From positions 96,348,001-96,412,000 of the forward strand of contig OX597816.1 of assembly GCA_951406725.2 (NCBI GenBank): DNA of 64,000 bases. Reading direction: 5' to 3'. The translations under genes were made by a program, and so were the position numbers. Origin of the DNA: Octopus vulgaris (lineage: Eukaryota). Below the pieces are notes generated by a model. It worked only from the letters and a program-made list of their open reading frames with translations. It had not been told where the DNA came from and made no database searches. Within the stretch, counting starts at the first letter, position 1; every line of letters starts with the position of its first letter. Shown piece after piece: positions 56,304-64,000 of this stretch.

Positions 56304-56510
56304 GGCGGCGGGCTGGCAGAATCGTTATGACGCTGGGCAAGATATTTAGCGGCAAATTTTACGCTCTGAGTTCAAAACTGCCGAGGTTGACGTTACTTTT
56401 CATCCTTTCGGGATCGATTAAAATAAGAACCAGTTGAGTGCCGGGGTCGATGTAATCGACTTGTGCCCAGAATCCGAATTCCAGGCCTTGTGCCTGTTGT
56501 AGGAAGGATC
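56304..56510 (+). mobile_element. tRNA-derived SINE
   Basis: ggcggcgggctggcagaatcgtta...gagttcaaa, directly after (ATT)n. Confidence 0.85.
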
Positions 56511-56791
56511 GTTATTTTTATTATTGTTGTAGTTACTTGACTCTAGTCATGCTAAAACCCGGTTAGGAACCAATTTGGTTCAGTCTCAAAGTGTTTGCTT
56601 CGACCGTGTCAACTAATTTCTATATTAGTAGATATTTTGAACTATCTGCATCGATTTGTTAAGTCATGCTTTCTCGTAAAGGGATACAAGGCTGACTTAC
56701 ACCGCTTAACTAACTTGGAGACTCAAGCTCGTATAACCAAACATACGTAAAAACAAACACGAACAGAAATGCCAGAGTATCTTAGCATATC

Positions 56792-56927
<136 letters not shown>

Positions 56928-57109
56928 AATATCTTTCTCTCTCTCCCTCTCTGTATATATGTATGTGTATATGCATGTTTATTTGTATGTATGTATATAT
57001 ATGTATATATATATGTGTGTGTGTGTGTGGTTGTATGGATGTATGCATGTCTGTACATACACACAATGTTTTCATATAAATACATGTATATATTATGATA
57101 CACAAATAT

Positions 57110-57171
<62 letters not shown>

Positions 57172-57189
57172 TATATGTATGTATGTATG

Positions 57190-57248
<59 letters not shown>

Positions 57249-57301
57249 ATATATATATATATAAGGTTAATCCAAACGGAAAACAGAAAACAAACACGTG
57301 G

Positions 57302-57346
<45 letters not shown>

Positions 57347-58007
57347 TAAATATATGTATATGCATCATATATGCGTATGTGTGAACACAGCTAAATGTTA
57401 TAAGTTCATACACACACAGGAACCTCTACAGAGTCTGCTCCGACTTGTTCCACTCGCCAGGCATTCTTAGCAATCACGGAAATTACCCTAGCTCAGTAGA
57501 TGGCAGTGCCCGAAGTTCCATGCTTGCTAAAGGAATTCTTAAGCTTAAATCTCTCGATACACGTTCACGCGCAAATAAAGAACAAATTATGTTTTCAAAC
57601 AATAAGTTTTCCGAAGTTCCTCCGGTAACACATGACGGGACATAACCAAAACAATTGAAAAACTATACAATTGTGATTTAACCAATACCGTCCCATTAAC
57701 AGGGATGCCATATAGGAACACTAAACATACAGGATTTTGCTGAAACCCCTTGGGCGAGTACTCACTGTTAGGTACATGCCTTTGAATGACAGGTTCGCGC
57801 TGAGACCTAGGTAGCTTACACTCATCATTGTTACCGCACTCACCCGCAGTTTGGTTAACCCACTGGGGAGCCAGCACTTACCTCCTGTTCAGAACAGTTC
57901 CCCGCAAATATCTACTGGTAGTGGGTCCCTGATTTTGAAAAAAAAGTTTGCTCTATATATCGCACTGGAGAGTTGGTTAACCAGCTACACAGATATAACT
58001 ATATACA

Positions 58008-58047
<40 letters not shown>

Positions 58048-58095
58048 TATATATTATTAATTTTAATATCAATTTAAAACCAGTATGCATTCAAA

Positions 58096-58173
<78 letters not shown>

Positions 58174-58378
58174 CTTTACGCACATGTATGCCTACTATCT
58201 TAATTATATTTACACACTCACAGAGACCCGCCTTAGCGGCGTTATAAGTCCCTGACAAATCAACGCACTCGGCGCCGCAGTATTTATTTATTGACAGAAA
58301 GCAACAACTAACCTAGGTCTGAATGGAACCCCTGGATCCGTGGAACCCCGAAGCAAATACCTTTAGACGGACTACACA

Positions 58379-58415
<37 letters not shown>

Positions 58416-58562
58416 ACACATACAAGCATACACACACATATATATATATATACAAGAAATAATTTATAATATAAATAATATATATATATACATATATACA
58501 TACATATATGTACATACCTACATGTATATGGAAATATACATACATATATGAGTACACAGGAC

Positions 58563-58606
<44 letters not shown>

Positions 58607-58702
58607 TTATATATATCCATACATATATACACATACAAACTTATATATATGTATATGCACATAGATGTACATACAGACAGACATATAGAAAGATAGATAT
58701 AC

Positions 58703-58755
<53 letters not shown>

Positions 58756-59310
58756 TGCATATATATATATATATATATATATATCGACAGATATATCCAT
58801 ATGTATATATTCATTTAAGTTACACATGAAATCATGTTTACACTCTATGCACATTCATGCAATCTTTGTACTTTAGCGAATCAACATTCGAGCAGGAACT
58901 GTACTGGATATATCGATATACATACAACAGGCGCTTTTACACATTACTTTTCATAAATAACTGTAAAGCATCTCTCTGCATCTCTCTCATTCTCCTCTCT
59001 CTTTTCTCTCTCTCTCTCTGTCACTGTATCTCGTTCTTTCTCTCTCTCGTTCTCTTAATCTGACTCTTTCTCACGCGTTTATTTGATCGGGTCGGCTTAG
59101 TGTGCATAAACCGGCAGCAAATGAATAAATAAATAGCACAAGCGAAACTAGTCAAGATGTTCTCCGCTCCATTCTGCAGACAAGGCATTCTAGTTTGGTT
59201 ATAAAGTTTATTTGTACATTGTAGCTAAATTTCGCTTAATAAATTTATGAACGTAAGAATTTCTTAATCTATACACATACATACACACAAATAAATGTAC
59301 ATAAGATTTA

Positions 59311-59391
<81 letters not shown>

Positions 59392-59692
59392 TAGATAGAT
59401 TGATAGCTATACGCACACATTAGTGTATATATATATGTGTGTATTTCGAGACAGACACATATACGCACATATATAGATACACACGCATACGCACGCACGC
59501 ACAAGCACACACTCACACACACGCATGCGCTCGCACACACGCGCTCTTATACACACACATATGTATATAATAAGAATAGAAGAGGTAATTATTTGGATAA
59601 TTATTTACTTATTAGTACTTTGATCTCGTTTGGTTCCGCGATTTGACAGATAAGATATTCTACGCAAAATTCTATGGAAGAGAACTTTTTTG

Positions 59693-59728
<36 letters not shown>

Positions 59729-59729
59729 A

Positions 59730-59774
<45 letters not shown>

Positions 59775-59798
59775 CTATCTATCTATATATATATATAC

Positions 59799-59845
<47 letters not shown>

Positions 59846-59994
59846 TACTTGGAGGATAAGAAACGAAACGAGGCGAGGTGCTCAGTCATATAATAACAAT
59901 TTAACAAATAAAACATATGCATACATACATACATTCATATATGTACATACCTACATCTATATGCATATATATATATATATATATATATATGATC

Positions 59995-60205
59995 GCCATG
60001 TTGATTCGCTAGCTTCTGCACGCATTTTTTTCTCTCCTTGTTTCTCTCCGTGTTTCTTTTCTGTGTATCTTTCTGTTGAAGAGCGTAGGCTCGAAACGTA
60101 AAAGACTTGTTTTATTTATATTCCTGAGCGCCATACTAATACAATTGTTTGTTTGTATTCCACCTGCCTTCGTCTTTTGTTTATTTTCATAAAGCTTCCC
60201 GTTAT
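59995..60205 (+). mobile_element. Short PLE-terminus-like element inserted in (TA)n
   Basis: Contains the hammerhead-like motif at 60068; related sequence at ~23325-23420; TA repeats on both sides. Confidence 0.55.
60068..60105 (+). ncRNA. Minimal hammerhead-like motif, A6U core
   Basis: TCTTT CTGTTGA A GAGC-GTAG-GCTC GAAA CG TA AAAGA. ACGT palindrome; a partial second copy lies at 23402-23420. Confidence 0.6.
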
Positions 60206-60565
60206 ATATATATGAGTACAGGACACCACAAATAAACGTAGAACACAACGAGAAACGAAAACATAAAAACAAACAAGGACACTGATCCATCGATCGGTTA
60301 CTCATTTAGAACTGACCACACGAAGGGAACCTGAAATGAAGGTTTTTGCTCAAGAACACAAAGTACCATTCGTTCCAGGAATCGAAACCGCGACAGCATG
60401 TTCGCGAATTCCTGCCACATCGCATGCACATGTAATATGTACACGCCATTGAATGCACGTATATAGATATATATGTATGTATATATATATGTATGTATAT
60501 GTAGGTATGGTTTCAGGCACATATACATTACATATATACATGCATGCATACATACATGCACGCAT

Positions 60566-60612
<47 letters not shown>

Positions 60613-60876
60613 TGGGCTATGGTCTGCACAGAAGTAAATAGAGTAAAATGTAATTTTACAATTAATTTCTGGCGTTATAATATTGAATTATCTTCAACTA
60701 GCTAAAAGTCAACAACACACTATAGAGCCAAGGTAACAGAATATCCCTCGTGAAATGCCTGTTAGGATTTTTCGGAGTTTGATTAATCGCATTTCATGCT
60801 ATCAAGTGCCCACAGACATATACTGGAGTCTCTTAACAATATTAGCAGCAGTCAGGCTGAAGAATACTAGATGCAA

Positions 60877-61035
60877 GCATGGCTGCGTGTTTCAGAAGCT
60901 CGTTTCCCAACCCTGTGGATTCGGGTTCAGTCCCACTGCGCGGCAAATTGGGCTGGTGCCTGCTGCTGTACCACTGGTCCAACGAATGCCTTGCGAATGA
61001 ATTTATTAAATAGAAGCTGTGTGGAGGCCTGTCGT
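60877..61035 (+). mobile_element. Diverged CORE-like SINE
   Basis: tggctgcgtg...gggttcagtcccactgcg. Confidence 0.7.
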
Positions 61036-61060
61036 TTATCTATCTCTTAACTTTGTGTAT

Positions 61061-61118
<58 letters not shown>

Positions 61119-61902
61119 ATATATGAAAACATAAACATGTCGTCTTACACCCTCCACTGGACAACTAGTGTTGGTATGTATAAGACCCTCGTAAGCTAGA
61201 TGTTCAGCGATAGAAGGTGGCAGATAAAGTATAGGACTATAAAAAAAAAATAATAAGTAGTGCGAGCGCTAAACGATAAAGAACTTTAGTATATATTTCG
61301 TGATAGCAAACCCGCAATATTTTTGATATTTATAAGTTAATATTGCGCCCCTAGATCAGGGTAACAACCGCCTAGTGTGACCTTGTCTTCAGTGGATTCT
61401 GAGTACATATATTTATAAGATATCATTGCTCTTTGTGCAAATACGTATATATATATATATATATGTATATATTGTTTTTATAAACGATCATGTATGTTTC
61501 TGCGATGAATTGATAAGTGGTGCCGATTTTTATACTTATCGGAAATAATAATAGTAATTACATTCTATAAACTTGAAGCTTATAAACGATCACCGTGTAT
61601 TGACTAATGAAAATACTCTAACATTGGGGCATTTAAGCACACGACGGAATAAAGTGGGTTTTCCTAACGCGACTGTTTCTATACAACGCTGGTTACAATG
61701 CGCTTCTTTGCATTGTTGTAGTCTGTGAATGACGTTAACCCGCTGGCTATCCAGGTAGGCCAACATGCTCTAAACGGAACACCAGTTACAGATAATTTTC
61801 TCAAGAAAGCAACATGCCGCGGTTCAGTGAATCGAAACCACGACCGCGTGTGCAACTTCCTAATCACTGGACCACGCACCTACAAACACACACACACACA
61901 CG

Positions 61903-61933
<31 letters not shown>

Positions 61934-62079
61934 GTATGTAGGTCTGTATATATGTCCAAGCGTAAAGAACTTCGCATTGCAATTATGAGATCTTGATTTC
62001 ATGGGATATAAACAGAATCATGTGTTTACTTGTAGCACAGTCAAGAGTTGGGAATGAAATCGTTTAAGATGGAGGACTG

Positions 62080-63480
62080 TGTAAAAGCTTGCATGTTAAT
62101 AGAGTGTCTACCAGTTATATATAATGTGGTGCACTGATTCTTCCAGAGTTCATCAAACCGCAGCTTCTGTCCACTTAGCACTACACCAGGTTGCACTACT
62201 TCTTCTCGGGTTCACATTCCTCAACTTCTCTTGCCTTCATAGCTAACTTGATGCTTTTCCATCTACCGACCCCTGAAAAAGCCAGCGTGCAGCGTGTTGC
62301 AAGCTCTGCAGAGAGACTGGCTAACAACCTCTACATCTCACATCAATGTGAGCACATCTCATATCAATGCGCTTGCCAGCAATTATTTAGTCATAACTCA
62401 ACCAGCCCAGCTAAAATGGAATCAAGAGTTCTAAAGAGCCATCAGACTGGATGCTTCCAATGTTTGTAGCGAGTCTTACCTTAGCGACGATAAGTGACAG
62501 TTTCTAGGAACTCCAGCTGCTTCCCAGGTCAACTTCCAGCTCCCATTCTTGTTTAGTTATTGATTGGCCCGGGGTGGTGGTTATGGTTGCTAAAGTCTTC
62601 CCACTAGCAAAAAGCAATATGCCTCTTCGTCGAGCGGAGATATCTATACTGGCTAACATTACTGCGGATGGTGTATGTTATGAATTTCAGGATCTGGCCG
62701 CGCATTCTTCTCCCAGATAACATTAAGGAAGTGCTCCAAGATTTCTATTAGACGCAAGTGGAAAGGTGGTGATTCCATCTTTCCCTAGCAGAATAAGTTT
62801 TATAGGCTCAGCGGGAGGTCGTAAACTGACAGAGACAGGAATTTTATCCAGTGTAGCGCCGTTCTCCTAAGTTCAGGCAGTGGACCTTTGTATGTCACCG
62901 CTTGCTCCCATCTTAAGCGACCAACCTGGTACCGCATTAAAACAATCTTGTTGATTCACTTCTTCTCAATCGACCCTCTCACCACATTTTAGAGCAGTTT
63001 GCTCCTTACACGTTTTCCTTGTACCTTGTCATAGCAAGGTGTTGCGCTAACATCCAGGACAACCCTTCTACGAGGTACAATTCTCACTAACACTCTAAGT
63101 CTTAGCCAAAATTCTGCAAACATACAGCCTCTGCTGCTCTCCACTTACATCCTAGCCTGATCCCAATATCATACTGAGAAACTTTTATCTCGGTGTTGTA
63201 ACATCTACTCAGGACGGTTGACATTGATTTCTTCTTTCAGAGTGATAATAAGGAGTTTTAACTTGTTATACTGCCCATACAGAGATATGCTGCTCAGGGC
63301 CCTAGAAAGTCCCAGCTATTTACGCAGAAATCTGTTGACTCTCCTCTCATAGATCACGTGGACATTGGTACCTTATACAGCGTAGCCAAAGAATCTGCGA
63401 TGGGATCCATATTGGTCAATCCAATCGTTAGGGCTTGCCAGGTGAACCCGACTTTTCTACTGTGCGTAACCAGGCTTCCA
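62080..63480 (-). mobile_element. Hero/R2-group non-LTR retrotransposon fragment
   Basis: LEAWLRTVEKSGSPGK, YERRVNRFLRK*LGLSRALSSISLYGQYNKLKL, WELEVDLG..QLEF; decayed. Clade assignment from recalled consensus. Confidence 0.75.
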
Positions 63481-63517
63481 ATATATATATGTACGCACGC
63501 ACACACACACACACACA

Positions 63518-63571
<54 letters not shown>

Positions 63572-63709
63572 AACACGCATGAAATACACATACATACATA
63601 CATACATACATAATACATACATTCATAATCGTTAGAGGTGGTCAGGAAAATTGCTTTGCGGGGAAATCTCCATAAGATCAACGATAAACTTTGGCTTTCT
63701 TTCTTTAGG

Positions 63710-63753
<44 letters not shown>

Positions 63754-63909
63754 CACACATACATGTCTATGTATGTATGTATGTGCTAGTGTATGCACGT
63801 CCACACCTTTGCTTAACTCCGGATTTGAAATCAAGGAGCAGACCCATAACCAAAAGGTCGTGCAACTGAAAAAAAAATGAGTTCTCGCTTGATCGTATGA
63901 ATAAGTTTG

Positions 63910-63942
<33 letters not shown>

Positions 63943-64000
63943 GTTCCAATGTATATATTTTTATCTCTCTATATTTGCATATATAGCGCCAGATAATTAC

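Noticed and set aside
59130-59160. GC-ACAA-GC GAAA CTAG TC, the 3' half of a hammerhead
   Set aside because: No CUGANGA-like core or stem I upstream.

Overview
AT-rich, microsatellite-saturated eukaryotic DNA. The tRNA-derived SINE families and (TA)/(CA)/(GATA)/(TACA)/(ATT) arrays suggest a cephalopod (Octopus-like) genome; this is an inference. I found no intact host protein-coding gene, and most ORFs in the track are microsatellite translations. The window is mostly decayed transposons: a Penelope-like element (RT + GIY-YIG), other PLE termini, Tc1, mariner and pogo elements, several MITEs, LINE fragments (RTE, CR1/L2, R4/Dong, Hero) and many SINEs. The main unannotated signal is about nine type-I hammerhead-ribozyme-like motifs, most with a palindromic stem III. 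Two well-formed copies in different PLE remnants both carry a compensatory U3-A8 core, and a two-copy family carries an A6U core. Also notable: a recent ~325-bp inverted duplication around a 1.6-kb spacer, an RTE tail with three C2H2 fingers, and a pogo remnant that appears very close to mammalian Tigger4. All alignments and folds were done by eye.
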